Positions 10,469-20,744 of a stretch of DNA of 64,000 bases are shown piece after piece. The stretch is taken from the NCBI GenBank assembly GCA_032654565.1, contig JAULAX010000018.1:288001-352000 (forward strand), read 5' to 3'. The stretch is from Anaeromyxobacteraceae bacterium. GTDB taxonomy: Bacteria > Myxococcota > Myxococcia > Myxococcales > Anaeromyxobacteraceae. Under the pieces are notes generated by a model that was given only the letters and a program-made list of their open reading frames with translations, had not been told where the DNA came from and searched no databases. The position numbers and the translations under genes were made by a program. The number at the start of each line of letters is the position of its first letter. The stretch's first letter is position 1.

Positions 10469-11391
10469 ACCCTCCGGCCTCCATGAGCCCCGCCCGGGTG
10501 TGGCCAGGAGTGGCGGTCGCCGGGCGGGCGCCGGCCCGCTCCCCGGTCGAGTTCTTCGCCGCCGCCGTCGAGCGGGCCGCCCAGGAGGCCCTCCTGGAGG
10601 AGCTCACCACCTCGCCCAAGCCCGGGCTGGTGACGCCCTCCGATCGAGGCGCCCACGCCGACATGGGCGCCGACACCTTCTTCGCCAGCGTCACCGCCCT
10701 GCGCGGGGTCTTCGCCGAGGCGGCGCGGCTGGGCGCGGCCGGGGATCCCGGCGATCGGCTCCTCGCGCTCGGGGTGACCGCCGAGCTGCGGATGCTGGCG
10801 GCGACCGGCGGCGTCAACACCCACCGGGGAGCCATCTTCACGCTCGGCCTGCTGGCCGCCGCGGCCGGCAGCCTCGCCGCCGCCTCGCGCCCGGTCACGC
10901 GGCGGGCCCTCCGCGCCGAGGTCCGGGAGGTGCTGGCCCCGGCCCTGCTCGGACGGCTCCCGCCGGATCGGTCGAGCCATGGCCAGGCGGTGGCGGCTCG
11001 GCATGGCGCCGGGGGGGCCCGCCTCGAGGCGTCGGCCGGGTTCCCCCACCTCTTCGACGTGGCGCTGCCGTCCTTCCAGTCGGCCCTGGCCAGGGGCGTG
11101 CCGCGCCGGGCCGCGGCGGTGGAGTGCCTGCTGGCGCTGGTCGCGGTCCTCCCGGACACCAACCTCCTCTGGCGGGGGGGCGAGGCGGGGCTGGCCTTCG
11201 CCCAGGCCGGCGCGGCGGCCTTCCTGGCCGACGGCGGCGTGGAGCGGGAGGGGTGGGAGGTGGAGGCCGTGGCGCTCCACCGGAGCTTCGTGGCGCGCCG
11301 GCTCTCGCCGGGAGGGAGCGCCGACCTGCTCGCCGCGGCGCTCCTGGTCCACCGGCTGGCCGGGCCGGCGCGGGGCGAGGACTCGAGGTGA
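10465..11391 (+). CDS. mdcB: Triphosphoribosyl-dephospho-CoA synthase (CitG family)
   Basis: PKPGLV, GVNTHRGAIF, DTNLLWRGG, LSPGGSADLLA; start could be 10483. Confidence 0.92.
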   Translation: MNPPASMSPARVWPGVAVAGRAPARSPVEFFAAAVERAAQEALLEELTTSPKPGLVTPSDRGAHADMGADTFFASVTALRGVFAEAARLGAAGDPGDRLLALGVTAELRMLAATGGVNTHRGAIFTLGLLAAAAGSLAAASRPVTRRALRAEVREVLAPALLGRLPPDRSSHGQAVAARHGAGGARLEASAGFPHLFDVALPSFQSALARGVPRRAAAVECLLALVAVLPDTNLLWRGGEAGLAFAQAGAAAFLADGGVEREGWEVEAVALHRSFVARRLSPGGSADLLAAALLVHRLAGPARGEDSR

Positions 11392-12317
11392 GCGGCCTCG
11401 CCATCCTCTGCCCGGGCCAGGGCGGCCAGCACCCGGCCATGTTCGACTTCGCGCTGGCGGCCGGCGTCGGCGGCGACCTGATCGAGGCGGCGGCCCGGGT
11501 GGTCGGCGAGGATCCGGTGCGCCTGGCGCGGGCGCCGTGGTCACGCCTCTTCGAGAACGGGGTGGCCCAGCCGCTGGTCTGCGCCGCGACCCTGGCCGCC
11601 TGGGAGGCGCTCCGGGGGCGGCTGCCGGCCCCCGTCGCCGTGGCCGGCTACAGCGTCGGTGAGCTGGCCGCCTGGGGCTGCGCCGGCGGCCTCGACCCGG
11701 TGGAGGCGGTCGGCCTGGCCGGGCGGCGCGCCGCCGCCATGGACCAGGCCAGCGTCGGCGTGGCCGGCCTCCTCGGCCTGCGCGGCCTGCCGCTGGCCCG
11801 GCTGGAGGCGCTCACCCTCGCCGCCGGCGCCGAGGTGGCCATCGTCAATGGCCCCGATCACGTGGTGGCCGGAGGGACCAGCGACGCCCTCGGCCGGCTG
11901 GCGGCGGCGGCCATGACCGCGGGGGCCTCGACCGTGCAGCGCCTCCCCATCGGCGTCGCCGCGCACACCAGCGCGCTGGTGTGCGCCGTCCAGCCCTTCG
12001 CCGCCACCCTGGCCGCCTCGGGCCTCCGGGATCCCACCTCGCCCGTGCTCTCCAGCCTGGGTGGCGCGCCGCTGCGCCGCCGCGCCGAGGGCGTCGAGGC
12101 GCTCTCCAGGCAGCTGGCCGCCCGGCTGGAGTGGTCGCACGTCATCGCCACCGCGGCCGAGCTGGGGGCCACCGTCTTCCTCGAGCTCGGACCGGGCCAG
12201 GCCCTGGCGCGCATGGCGGCGGAGCTCCTCCCCGGCGTGGCCTCCCGGTCGATCGACGACTTCCGCGGCGTGGACGGCGTGCTCGCCTGGGTGGAGGCGC
12301 GGCTCGGGGGAGGGTAG
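11388..12317 (+). CDS. mdcH: Malonyl-CoA:ACP transacylase (epsilon subunit)
   Basis: LCPGQGGQ, GYSVGE, AAHT, LELGPG. Confidence 0.9.
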   Translation: MSGLAILCPGQGGQHPAMFDFALAAGVGGDLIEAAARVVGEDPVRLARAPWSRLFENGVAQPLVCAATLAAWEALRGRLPAPVAVAGYSVGELAAWGCAGGLDPVEAVGLAGRRAAAMDQASVGVAGLLGLRGLPLARLEALTLAAGAEVAIVNGPDHVVAGGTSDALGRLAAAAMTAGASTVQRLPIGVAAHTSALVCAVQPFAATLAASGLRDPTSPVLSSLGGAPLRRRAEGVEALSRQLAARLEWSHVIATAAELGATVFLELGPGQALARMAAELLPGVASRSIDDFRGVDGVLAWVEARLGGG

Positions 12318-12412
12318 TCGCGCCGGCGCCGCCCGTGCTTCCGGATCCGGGCCGCCGCGGCCGGCCACGCGCCGGGCGTGCCAGCCGGAGCGCCGCGGGA
12401 TAGAACGGTCAC

Positions 12413-13135
12413 ATGAGCCAAGACCATCGCGTGGAGGCGCCGGCGCTGGCCCGCTGGTTCGGCGGCCTGGCCCGGACCCTGAGCCAGGACTTCCTCGGCG
12501 GCCCCCGGCTGCTGCGGCTCTCCACCGTCATCAACCTGCAGAAGGGGGGCACGGCGCTCTTCGTCGGCGGGCTGATGTGGCTCTACCGGAACGGGTCGGT
12601 CGAGGCCTGGGTCTACCTGGCGCTGCACGGCAGCTACGGCCTGGCCTGGCTGCTGAAGCACCTCGCCTTCCGCGACCGTCGCTTCGACGCCCCGGTCACC
12701 GTGGGCGGCGCGGTCATGACGCTGGCGGCGGTGCTCGGTCCGTACTGGCTGGCCCCCTGGCTGCTCATCTCCGGGGTGCTGGGGCCGAGGCCGGAGGCCG
12801 GCGCGCCGCTGCTGGGCGCCGCCATCGCCGTCCACACCCTGGGGCTGGCCCTCATGCTGGGGGCCGACGCCCAGAAGCACTTCCAGCTCGAGGCCGGGCC
12901 GCGGCTGCTCACCGGCGGGATGTTCGCCCGCACCCGCAACCCCAACTACCTCGGCGAGATGATGCTCTACGGATCCTACGCGCTGCTCACCCGCCACTGG
13001 CTCCCCTGGCTGGTGCTGGCCTGGGTCTGGGGGTTGGTCTTCGTCCCCAACATGCTGCTCAAGGACGCCTCGCTGTCGCGCTACCCGGGCTGGGCCGCCT
13101 ACCGGGCCCGCACCGGGCTGCTCTGGCCGCGCTGA
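12413..13135 (+). CDS. DUF1295/steroid 5-alpha-reductase-like membrane protein
   Basis: Multi-TM; ADAQK, GMFARTRNPNYLGEMMLY. Confidence 0.75.
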   Translation: MSQDHRVEAPALARWFGGLARTLSQDFLGGPRLLRLSTVINLQKGGTALFVGGLMWLYRNGSVEAWVYLALHGSYGLAWLLKHLAFRDRRFDAPVTVGGAVMTLAAVLGPYWLAPWLLISGVLGPRPEAGAPLLGAAIAVHTLGLALMLGADAQKHFQLEAGPRLLTGGMFARTRNPNYLGEMMLYGSYALLTRHWLPWLVLAWVWGLVFVPNMLLKDASLSRYPGWAAYRARTGLLWPR

Positions 13136-13473
13136 GCCCCGGCCGCGCCGCTGGCGGCTCCGGCGCCACCGCCAGCTCGCGGAGCATGCAGGTGAGGCGC
13201 GCCGTGCAGAGCCGGGCGCCGCGGGCGTCGCTGACCACCGCCTGGTAGACCGCCAGCGTCTTGCCCAGGCTGATGGGCGTGCAGGTGGGCGCCGATGGAG
13301 CCGAGGGTCTCGGCCAGGGCCAGCGAGGCGCCGCCGTTGAGGAGCCCGTAGGGCTGGGTGTTTCCCTCCACCGGCATGGTCCCCACCACCCGCTGCGCCG
13401 AGGCCTCGGTGATGACGATGCCGAGCTGCTGCGCCATGGGGCCGCCGGGGGCGTTGAAGCCCAGGTCGCTCAT
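13099..13473 (-). pseudogene. PaaI/hotdog thioesterase with internal deletion and frameshift
   Basis: N-half QPYGLLNGGASLALAETLGS in one frame; C-half TCTPISLGKTLAVYQAVVSD...LCTARLTCML in another frame; central segment missing. Confidence 0.75.
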
Positions 13474-13482
13474 GCCGCCAGC

Positions 13483-14136
13483 TTACCGGAAGGTGAAGGC
13501 CGACTGGGCGCCGGAGGTCGCGGCCGGAGTGGCCGGCCCGGCTGGTGAGCCCGGGGTGGCCAGGGTGGAGGGCCCGGCCGGGGCCGCGGGCGCGACGGCC
13601 GCAGGGAGTGACCCGGCGCCGAGGAATCCCTCCGACCGCAGCGCCGCCCGCACCGCCGCCTCGTCCGGTCCGGCGACGCCGCGCGCCGCCGCCTGGGCCA
13701 GCTGGTCCACCACCTCGTTGACGGCGTGGCCGGCGTGGCCGCGCACCCAGGCGTAGCGGACCTGCAGCGACGAGGCCCGACCGTCGATGGCCTCGATGAG
13801 CTCGCGGTTCGACACCGGCGCGCCGCCGGCGGTGCGCCAGCCCTTGCGGCGCCAGCCCTTGATCCACTTCGAGAGCGCGTCGACCACGTAGCGGGAGTCG
13901 CTGATCACCTCGACGGCCTCGCCGGCCGGCAGGCCGTCGAGCGCCTCCAGCACCGCCCGCAGCTCCATGCGGTTGTTGGTGACGGCGAATGGGCCGTCCA
14001 CCACCCACCGCGTGCCGCCGAAGCGGAGCGCGGGGCGGGAGCGGTCGAGCACCACGAAGCCGGTGCCGCCGGGGCCGCCGGGGTTGACCAGGGCGGAGCC
14101 GTCGCAGAAGGCGAGGAAGCGTGCGGTGGAGGTCAT
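13483..14136 (-). CDS. rnhA: Ribonuclease HI
   Basis: [43 protein letters not shown]. Confidence 0.9.
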   Translation of the reverse strand: MTSTARFLAFCDGSALVNPGGPGGTGFVVLDRSRPALRFGGTRWVVDGPFAVTNNRMELRAVLEALDGLPAGEAVEVISDSRYVVDALSKWIKGWRRKGWRTAGGAPVSNRELIEAIDGRASSLQVRYAWVRGHAGHAVNEVVDQLAQAAARGVAGPDEAAVRAALRSEGFLGAGSLPAAVAPAAPAGPSTLATPGSPAGPATPAATSGAQSAFTFR

Positions 14137-14789
14137 GGGGGAGGGCAACCTAGAGGCCGGCCCTGACGCCCGGCACCGTCGCCGCCGGCCTCGCCGCGGT
14201 CGGCCCGGGCCATCCGGGCCACGAAGCGCCGCATGGTCCCGCTCACCCGGCGCGTGGTGAGGTCGATCTCGAACCCGGCCTCGGCCACCGCCCGCTCGGT
14301 GTGGCGGTTGTTGCGGCAGCCGCCGCTCACCCGGGTCCAGGCCGGCTGGATGAGGTCCTGCCACCGGCCCTCCCAGGGCGAGCTGGAGCGGACGTGCTCG
14401 ATCATGCGGAGGGTGGCGCCGGGACCGAGCACCCGCCGCACCTCGGCGAGGCCGGCGGCGGGGTCGTCCACCGAGCAGAACACCATCCCCGAGACCACGG
14501 TGTCGAAGGCGGCGTCGCGGAAGGGCAGGGCCTCGGCCCGGGCGCGGACCAGCAGGGCCCCGGGCCGCCGGGCCCGCGCCGCCCGCAGGTTGTGCCGGCT
14601 CGGGTCGATGGCCACCACCGGCCCGGCCCCGGCCAGCCAGGGCAGGTTCCGCCCGGTGCCGGTCCCGACGTCGAGGATCCGGCCGGTGGCCCCCTCGGCC
14701 AGCCAGCGGCGCCAGCGGATGAAGCCGGCCATCTCGGCGAACCAGAGGCCGAGATCGTAGACCCAGGGGATCTGCTCGACGCCGCGCAC
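14133..14789 (-). CDS. Class I SAM-dependent methyltransferase
   Basis: [37 protein letters not shown]. Confidence 0.88.
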   Translation of the reverse strand: MRGVEQIPWVYDLGLWFAEMAGFIRWRRWLAEGATGRILDVGTGTGRNLPWLAGAGPVVAIDPSRHNLRAARARRPGALLVRARAEALPFRDAAFDTVVSGMVFCSVDDPAAGLAEVRRVLGPGATLRMIEHVRSSSPWEGRWQDLIQPAWTRVSGGCRNNRHTERAVAEAGFEIDLTTRRVSGTMRRFVARMARADRGEAGGDGAGRQGRPLGCPPP

Positions 14790-14822
14790 GGGGAGCCGGG
14801 GAGGGGGCGGCGCCGGAGGCGC

Positions 14823-15134
14823 TCAGCCGCCCACGTACTTCAAGACCGTCGAGGCGACGCGGATGACGTCGCCGTGGACCAGCCGCCGGTGGGTGACCTG
14901 CTTGGAGTTGACGAAGGTGCCGTTGGTGGAGCCGAGGTCCTCGAGGTGGTGGCCGTCGCCGTCGGGCCGGATGGCGGCGTGGCGGCGCGAGGCCTGGTCG
15001 GAGCTGACCACCAGCGTGTTCTCCTCGCCGCGCCCGATGGTCACCTCGACGTCGAGCGGGTAGGCCTTGTCCCGCAGCGCCGGGTCGGCGGCGTGGATCA
15101 CCTGGAGGATGGGGCTGCGCGTGGTCGGGCTCAT
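14823..15134 (-). CDS. FHA-domain protein
   Basis: [21 protein letters not shown]. Confidence 0.9.
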   Translation of the reverse strand: MSPTTRSPILQVIHAADPALRDKAYPLDVEVTIGRGEENTLVVSSDQASRRHAAIRPDGDGHHLEDLGSTNGTFVNSKQVTHRRLVHGDVIRVASTVLKYVGG

Positions 15135-15147
15135 GCGGGGCTCCCGT

Positions 15148-16047
15148 TCAGAATATCACCGCCAGCCCCCCCGGCGCAGGCACCAGCTGCACCGGTGGCT
15201 TCCGGCCGTCCTCCGGCTGGTAGGCGAGCAGCGGGACCACCAGGCCGGTGGCGGTGCCGATCACCGCGCCGGTGGCCACGTCGGTGAGCCAGTGACGGTC
15301 GGCGGCCACCCGCAGGTATCCGGTCAGGGCCGCCGCGCCGAAGGTCGCCGCGGCCAGCCACCTCCACCCGGGCCGGCCCCGCAGCCTGGCGATCTGGGTG
15401 GCGGCGGCCGCGGTGGCGAAGGCGAAGTCGGTGTGGCCCGACCAGAAGGAGAGCCGGTCGTCGGCGGACGGGGTGGTGCCGCGCGCCCAGGCGTCGGGGC
15501 GCAGCCGGCCGGTGGCGAACTTGGCCCCCTGGGTGAGCAGCACGGCGGTGCTGGCCGACTCGGCGAGCACCAGCAGGTCCTCCACCACCTGGCGCTGGCC
15601 GTGCGGCGAGGCCTGGGCCCAGAGCGTGGCGGCGGCGCCGGCCGGGATGAGCAGCTGCAGGGCGTCGGACCCGGTCGAGGCGGCGCGGCCGTCGCTCCAG
15701 CGGAGCTGGCGGCGAGCCCAGCGGTCGAGCTGGGGGGGCTGGCACCAGCGGCAGGCCGGGGCCACCAGCGAGTCCTTGAGGAGGAGCGAGAGGCCGGTCA
15801 GGCCCAGGCCGGCCCCGGTGACCGCGGCGGCGGTGGCCAGATCGACGGTCAGGGCGGGCGGCTGGGGTGCCGCGGTAGCGGGCCCGGACTCCGGTGCGGG
15901 CCAGGGCCTGCCTTCGTCCGTCGCCCGGGCCGGTGCTGGTGCCGCTGCCGGTGCCGGGGCGTCGGCGCGGGCCAGGGCGGAGAGCCCCAGCCCGGCCACG
16001 AGGAGGACCAGCCTGGCGGTGGGCAGCGAGGCGGGCGGCGTGACCAT
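15148..16047 (-). CDS. PAP2-family phosphatase
   Basis: KFATGRLRP, SFWSGH, LRVAADRHWLTDV; signal peptide. Confidence 0.85.
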   Translation of the reverse strand: MVTPPASLPTARLVLLVAGLGLSALARADAPAPAAAPAPARATDEGRPWPAPESGPATAAPQPPALTVDLATAAAVTGAGLGLTGLSLLLKDSLVAPACRWCQPPQLDRWARRQLRWSDGRAASTGSDALQLLIPAGAAATLWAQASPHGQRQVVEDLLVLAESASTAVLLTQGAKFATGRLRPDAWARGTTPSADDRLSFWSGHTDFAFATAAAATQIARLRGRPGWRWLAAATFGAAALTGYLRVAADRHWLTDVATGAVIGTATGLVVPLLAYQPEDGRKPPVQLVPAPGGLAVIF

Positions 16048-16104
16048 CGCCGGAGCCTGCCACGGCCGGTTGGCCGGGTGAAGTTTGCGTGGTATCGCCA
16101 GCCG

Positions 16105-16743
16105 GTGGTCGACCAACCCTTCCAGCTGCCGCTCTTCGTCGACCTCGGGGCCGTGGTGCTGCTGGCCGCCACCGGCGCCATCGAGGGGATCCGCAAGCGC
16201 TACGACCTGATCGGCGTGGCGGTGATGGCGCTGGTCACCGGCCTGGGCGGCGCCCTGCTGCGCGACGGGATCTTCCTGCAGGGCGGGCCCCCCGCCTCGG
16301 TCCAGGACGGCCGCTACCTGGCGGCGGTGCTGGTGGGGGCGGCGCTGGGCGTGGTCTTCGCCCGCGGCTTCCACCGGCTGCGGCTGGTGGTGGCCATCGT
16401 CGACGCCCTCGGCCTCGGGCTCTACGCCGTCTACGGCGCCCAGAAGGCCATGCTGGCGGGGCTGCCGCCGCTGGCCGCCACGCTGGTCGGCACCGTCAAC
16501 GCCGTGGGCGGCGGCCTGATGCGCGACGTGCTGGTGCGCGAGGAGCCCATGCTGCTGCGGCCGGGCGGCTTCTACGCGCTGGCGGCGCTGGCCGGCGCCA
16601 CCACCTTCGTGGTGCTCGACGAGCTGCCCGGACGGTCCACCCACCTGGCGGCCATGGCCGGGGTGGCGGTGGTGCTGCTGCTGCGCTTCGGGGCCATCCG
16701 GCTCGGCTGGAAGACCGGGGCGCTCTCCGACGAGCCGCGCTAG
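16105..16743 (+). CDS. TRIC-channel/UPF0126 family membrane protein
   Basis: Duplicated GGxxRD motifs (GLGGALLRD, VGGGLMRD), DALGLG. Confidence 0.85.
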   Translation: MVDQPFQLPLFVDLGAVVLLAATGAIEGIRKRYDLIGVAVMALVTGLGGALLRDGIFLQGGPPASVQDGRYLAAVLVGAALGVVFARGFHRLRLVVAIVDALGLGLYAVYGAQKAMLAGLPPLAATLVGTVNAVGGGLMRDVLVREEPMLLRPGGFYALAALAGATTFVVLDELPGRSTHLAAMAGVAVVLLLRFGAIRLGWKTGALSDEPR

Positions 16744-16753
16744 GATCCCTGGC

Positions 16754-17779
16754 ATGGAACATCGCACGCTGGGCCGGAGCGGCCTCCAGGTCTCGGTCCT
16801 CTCCCTCGGGGCCATGACCTTCGGCGAGGGGGCGGGTGGCTTCATGAAGGGGGTCACCTCGGACGACGCCGAGGGGCGCCGGGTCTTCGACGCCGCGCTC
16901 GACGCCGGCATCGACACCGTCGACACCGCCAACCTCTACTCGGAGGGGCGCTCCGAGGAGCTGCTGGGCCAGTGGCTGAAGGGCAAGCGCCACCAGGTGG
17001 TGCTGGCCACCAAGTGCCGCTTCCCCACCGCCGGGGCGCTCGAGTCCTGCGGCCCCAACCTGGCCGGGCTCTCCCGCCAGTCGATCCTGCGCAACTGCGA
17101 GGACTCGCTGCGGCGGCTCCAGGTCGACCACCTGGACCTCTACCAGGTCCACATGCAGGACCGGGCGGTGCCCATCGAGGAGACGCTCTCGGCGCTCGAC
17201 GACCTGGTCCGGCAGGGGAAGGTCCGCTACACCGGCTGCTCCAACTACACCGGGTACCGGCTGGCCGAGTCGCTCTGGAAGGCCGAGACCCATGGCCTGG
17301 AGCGGTTCTCCTCCCTGCAGCTGCAGTGGTCGCTGGCGGTCCGCGACGCCGAGCGCGAGCTGGTGCCGGCGGCGCGCGCCTTCGGCCTCGGCCTGATGGC
17401 CTGGAGCCCGCTGGCCCGCGGCTTCCTCTCCGGCAAGTACCGGCGCGACCAGCCGCCGCCGCCCGGGGCCCGGCTGGCCGAGTGGAAGGACACCTGGAGG
17501 CGGATGGACCAGCCGCGCAGCTGGGCGGTGCTGGAGGTGGTGCAGGCGGTGGCCCAGGCCCGCGGTACCACCGCCTCGGCGGTGTCGCTGGCCTGGCTGC
17601 TGCGCCACGCCGAGCTCTCCACGGTGATCGTCGGGGCCCGGACGGTGGCGCAGCTGGAGGAGAACCTGGCGGCGCTGGACCTGGCGCTCACGCCCGCCGA
17701 GGTGGCGGCGCTCGACGCCGCCAGCGCCCCGGACTGGGGCTACCCGTACGACTTCATCGGCGTCCGGGAGCCCTGGTAG
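16754..17779 (+). CDS. Aldo/keto reductase
   Basis: LGRSGLQVS, DTANLY, LATK, DLYQVH, WSPLARG. Confidence 0.93.
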   Translation: MEHRTLGRSGLQVSVLSLGAMTFGEGAGGFMKGVTSDDAEGRRVFDAALDAGIDTVDTANLYSEGRSEELLGQWLKGKRHQVVLATKCRFPTAGALESCGPNLAGLSRQSILRNCEDSLRRLQVDHLDLYQVHMQDRAVPIEETLSALDDLVRQGKVRYTGCSNYTGYRLAESLWKAETHGLERFSSLQLQWSLAVRDAERELVPAARAFGLGLMAWSPLARGFLSGKYRRDQPPPPGARLAEWKDTWRRMDQPRSWAVLEVVQAVAQARGTTASAVSLAWLLRHAELSTVIVGARTVAQLEENLAALDLALTPAEVAALDAASAPDWGYPYDFIGVREPW

Positions 17780-17790
17780 GCGACCCGCCC

Positions 17791-17982
17791 CGGGCCCGCG
17801 CCGAGGCCACCCTGGTCAACGCCCGGCTGCGGGGCGAGCGCCACGCCGACCTGGTCAAGGACAGCGCCGCGCGCCAGCAGCTCATCCAGACCCGGCTGGC
17901 GCGCCTCACCAACCTCGTCGACCTCTACAGGGCGCTCGGGGGTGGCTGGAGGGAGCGGACGGCGACGGCACCGGGCGGATAG
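17791..17982 (+). pseudogene. Chimeric relic of an RND efflux operon (adaptor fragment fused to outer-membrane-factor C-terminus)
   Basis: Start-less frame: ARAEATLVNARLRGERHADLVKDSA followed by ARQQLIQTRLARLTNLVDLYRALGGGW. Confidence 0.65.
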
Positions 17983-18006
17983 GGGACAGGCCGCCCGCGG
18001 GGAGAT

Positions 18007-18540
18007 TCAGACCAGGAAGAAGAGGAAGAAGCCGTTGGCCATGTAGACCAGCCCGGCGGCGCCGCAGACCAGCCCGGCCCACCACATGGCCGGCCGCTTG
18101 ATGAGGGCCGAGACCGCCGAGAGGGTGATGGCGATCTGGAGCAGCATCACCGCCTGGCCGAAGGCGGCGCCGTGGCGCTTGTTCTTCTCCTCCTCGCGCT
18201 TCAGCGCCTCCGCCTCCTCCTTGATCTTGGTCTTCTCCTCCTCGTACCGCCTGGCCTCGCCGGCGGAGCGGTCCCGGGCCGCCTCGGCGGTCCGCTTCCC
18301 CTCCGGGGTGCGCGCCTCCAGCGCCGCCACCTCCATCTGGGCCCGCTCCAGCACCGCCAGGTTCTGCTTCAGGCTCTTGGCCTGGTAGAAGGCCCACTTG
18401 TTGGCCTCGTCGGTGGTGGCCAGCTGCACCTTGGTGGAGTAGCCGCCCCCCTTGAGGGAGCTGATGGCCGCGCAGACCGCCAGGATGGTGGTGGTCAGCG
18501 CCACCCACTGCGTCCACGAATCCTTCCTCTCTTCGGCCAC
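18007..18540 (-). CDS. DUF4337-like membrane protein
   Basis: VALTTTILAV, WAFYQAKSLK, LLQIAITLSAVSAL; GGAGG before GTG. Confidence 0.75.
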   Translation of the reverse strand: MAEERKDSWTQWVALTTTILAVCAAISSLKGGGYSTKVQLATTDEANKWAFYQAKSLKQNLAVLERAQMEVAALEARTPEGKRTAEAARDRSAGEARRYEEEKTKIKEEAEALKREEEKNKRHGAAFGQAVMLLQIAITLSAVSALIKRPAMWWAGLVCGAAGLVYMANGFFLFFLV

Positions 18541-18698
18541 CGTGCCACCTCCGTCGGGCGCCCCCGGAGCGGGGCGGGCGCGGATTCTTTTCGGGACCGG
18601 GGTCGGCGTCAAGGGGGCTGGACCGGGCCGCGGGAAAGGAGCGCGTGACCCGCGCCCCGGCCAAGGCTAGGAAGGAGCCCCACCGCCCCGGAGCACAC

Positions 18699-20744
18699 AT
18701 GGTCCGCCTGCCCGCCGCCCTCCTCGCGCTCGCCCTCGCCGCCCCGTCTTCCGCGCCGTCACCGGCGGTTCCGGCGGCGCCCGCACCCGCCGCCGCCCTG
18801 GCACCGGCATCGGCACCGGGCTACTCCGGCCACGGCGCCGGCTCGGTGGCCCCCGAGCTGCTCTCGAAGTTCGCCCCCCGTCCCGTCGACGCCGGCCTCT
18901 CCCGCACCATCCAGGCCATGCTCGACGTCCGCGCTCCGGGTGGCGGGCAGCTCTCCGACGACGGCCGCCGCCTCTACTTCTCCTGGCGGGTCACCGGCAC
19001 CAACCAGCTCTGGCGGCTCGACGGCCCGGACCGCTTCCCGGTCCAGCTCACCGGCGGCGAGGACGCCACCTCGCTCTTCGCCATCACCCCGGACGGCAAG
19101 ACGCTCATCGTGCAGCGCGACCGGAAAGGGGAGGAGAACCCCGGGCTCTACCTTCTGCCGGCCGAAGGCGGTCCGCTGGTCCAGCTCCAGCACCAGGCCG
19201 GCGTGCAGACCACCGCCCAGTGGCTGGCCCGCGACGGCCACACCCTCTACTTCCGCGCCAACGACCGCAGGCCGGACGCCTACGCCATCTACCGCTTCGA
19301 TCTCGCCACCGGCACGCGGGAGCTGGTGCTCGACCAGCCCGGCCTCTGGTCGGTCCACGATGAGCGGGGTGGGAAGCTGCTGCTCGCCAAGGCCACCGGC
19401 GCCATGACCTCGGAGTGGTTCGAGTGGGACGTGGCCGGCAAGACCCTGGCGCCGCTGCTGGGGCAGGGGGAGGCCGAGGAGTACGAGGTGGCCTACGCGG
19501 CCCAGCCGGGGGAGCTGCTGGTGCAGACCAACAAGCTCGGTGACCTGTCGCGGCTCTACCGCTGGAAGGCGGGCGTCTTCACGCCGGTGACGCCGGAGCT
19601 GAAGTGGGACGTCTCCGGGTTCGGCCTCGACCAGGCCCGCGCCCGCCTCCTCTACCAGGTCAACCAGGCCGGCTCGACGCGCCTCTTCGCGCTCGACGCC
19701 CGCACCTACCGGCCGGTGGCGCTGCCGAAGCTGCCGGCCGCCGACCACGTCCTCGGCGGCGCCAGCACCCGCGACGGCCGCTACACGGTCCTCTCCATCG
19801 ACCCGGGCGACGCACCGGCCACCAGCTGGGTCCACGACTGGAAGACCGGCGCGCTCAGGCGCTGGGTGGTGCCGAGCGCCCCGGAGGTGGACACCCGCAG
19901 GTTCGCGCGGGCCTCGCTGGAGAGCTACCCGGCGCGGGACGGCACGCCCATCCCGGCCCTGGTCCGCCGCCCGGCCCGCTGCGCCCCGGCCCCGTGCCCG
20001 GTGCTGGTCCAGTTCCACGGCGGCCCGGAGGGGCAGGTGAAGCCCGGCTTCAGCCCCTCCGCCCAGCTCTACGTCGACGCCGGCTTCGTGCTGGTGCAGC
20101 CCAACGTGCGCGGCTCGCTCGGCTACGGGAAGCGCTGGGTGCGAGCCGACGACGGGCCGAAGCGGCTCGCCGTCATCACCGACATCGAGGACGCGGCCCG
20201 CTGGGCGCGCACGGCCTTCGCCGCCGGCGGCGTCGAGCCCAGGGTCGGCATCATGGGTGGCTCCTACGGCGGCTACGCCACGCTCATCGGCATGACCATG
20301 TTCGCCGGGAGCTACGACGCCGGCGCCTCCAACGTCGGCATCTCCAACCTGGTCACCTTCCTGGAGAACACCGCCCCCTATCGGCGAATCCTGCGGGCCA
20401 CCGAGTACGGCGACCTGGAGAAGGACCGCGCGGCGCTGGTGAAGCTCTCGCCGTCCAGCTACGTCGATCGGGTCAGGGGGCCGCTGTTGATCATCCAGGG
20501 GGCGAGCGACCCGCGGGTGCCGGCCGGCGAGGCGGTGCAGATCTTCGACGCCCTCACCGCCCGGGGGGTGCCGGCGGAGCTGCTCATCTTCGCCGACGAG
20601 GGGCACGGCGCGCAGAAGCGCGAGAACGTGGTGCAGACCCTGGGGCGGCAGCTGGAGTTCTTCTCGAGGACGCTGAAGGCGCCGGCCGCGCCACCGCCGA
20701 CCCCCGGGCCAGCCGCGCCGCCTCCGCCGACCACGCCCCGCTGA
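18699..20744 (+). CDS. Secreted S9 (prolyl oligopeptidase family) peptidase
   Basis: Signal peptide, FHGGPE, GGSYGG nucleophile, DPRV, DEGHG. Confidence 0.92.
   Translation: MVRLPAALLALALAAPSSAPSPAVPAAPAPAAALAPASAPGYSGHGAGSVAPELLSKFAPRPVDAGLSRTIQAMLDVRAPGGGQLSDDGRRLYFSWRVTGTNQLWRLDGPDRFPVQLTGGEDATSLFAITPDGKTLIVQRDRKGEENPGLYLLPAEGGPLVQLQHQAGVQTTAQWLARDGHTLYFRANDRRPDAYAIYRFDLATGTRELVLDQPGLWSVHDERGGKLLLAKATGAMTSEWFEWDVAGKTLAPLLGQGEAEEYEVAYAAQPGELLVQTNKLGDLSRLYRWKAGVFTPVTPELKWDVSGFGLDQARARLLYQVNQAGSTRLFALDARTYRPVALPKLPAADHVLGGASTRDGRYTVLSIDPGDAPATSWVHDWKTGALRRWVVPSAPEVDTRRFARASLESYPARDGTPIPALVRRPARCAPAPCPVLVQFHGGPEGQVKPGFSPSAQLYVDAGFVLVQPNVRGSLGYGKRWVRADDGPKRLAVITDIEDAARWARTAFAAGGVEPRVGIMGGSYGGYATLIGMTMFAGSYDAGASNVGISNLVTFLENTAPYRRILRATEYGDLEKDRAALVKLSPSSYVDRVRGPLLIIQGASDPRVPAGEAVQIFDALTARGVPAELLIFADEGHGAQKRENVVQTLGRQLEFFSRTLKAPAAPPPTPGPAAPPPPTTPR

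Noticed and set aside
18007..18540. DUF4337 gene or the 17791-17982 peptide as the YcaO precursor
   Set aside because: One is an ordinary membrane protein and the other an efflux remnant without a start codon; neither has leader/core organisation
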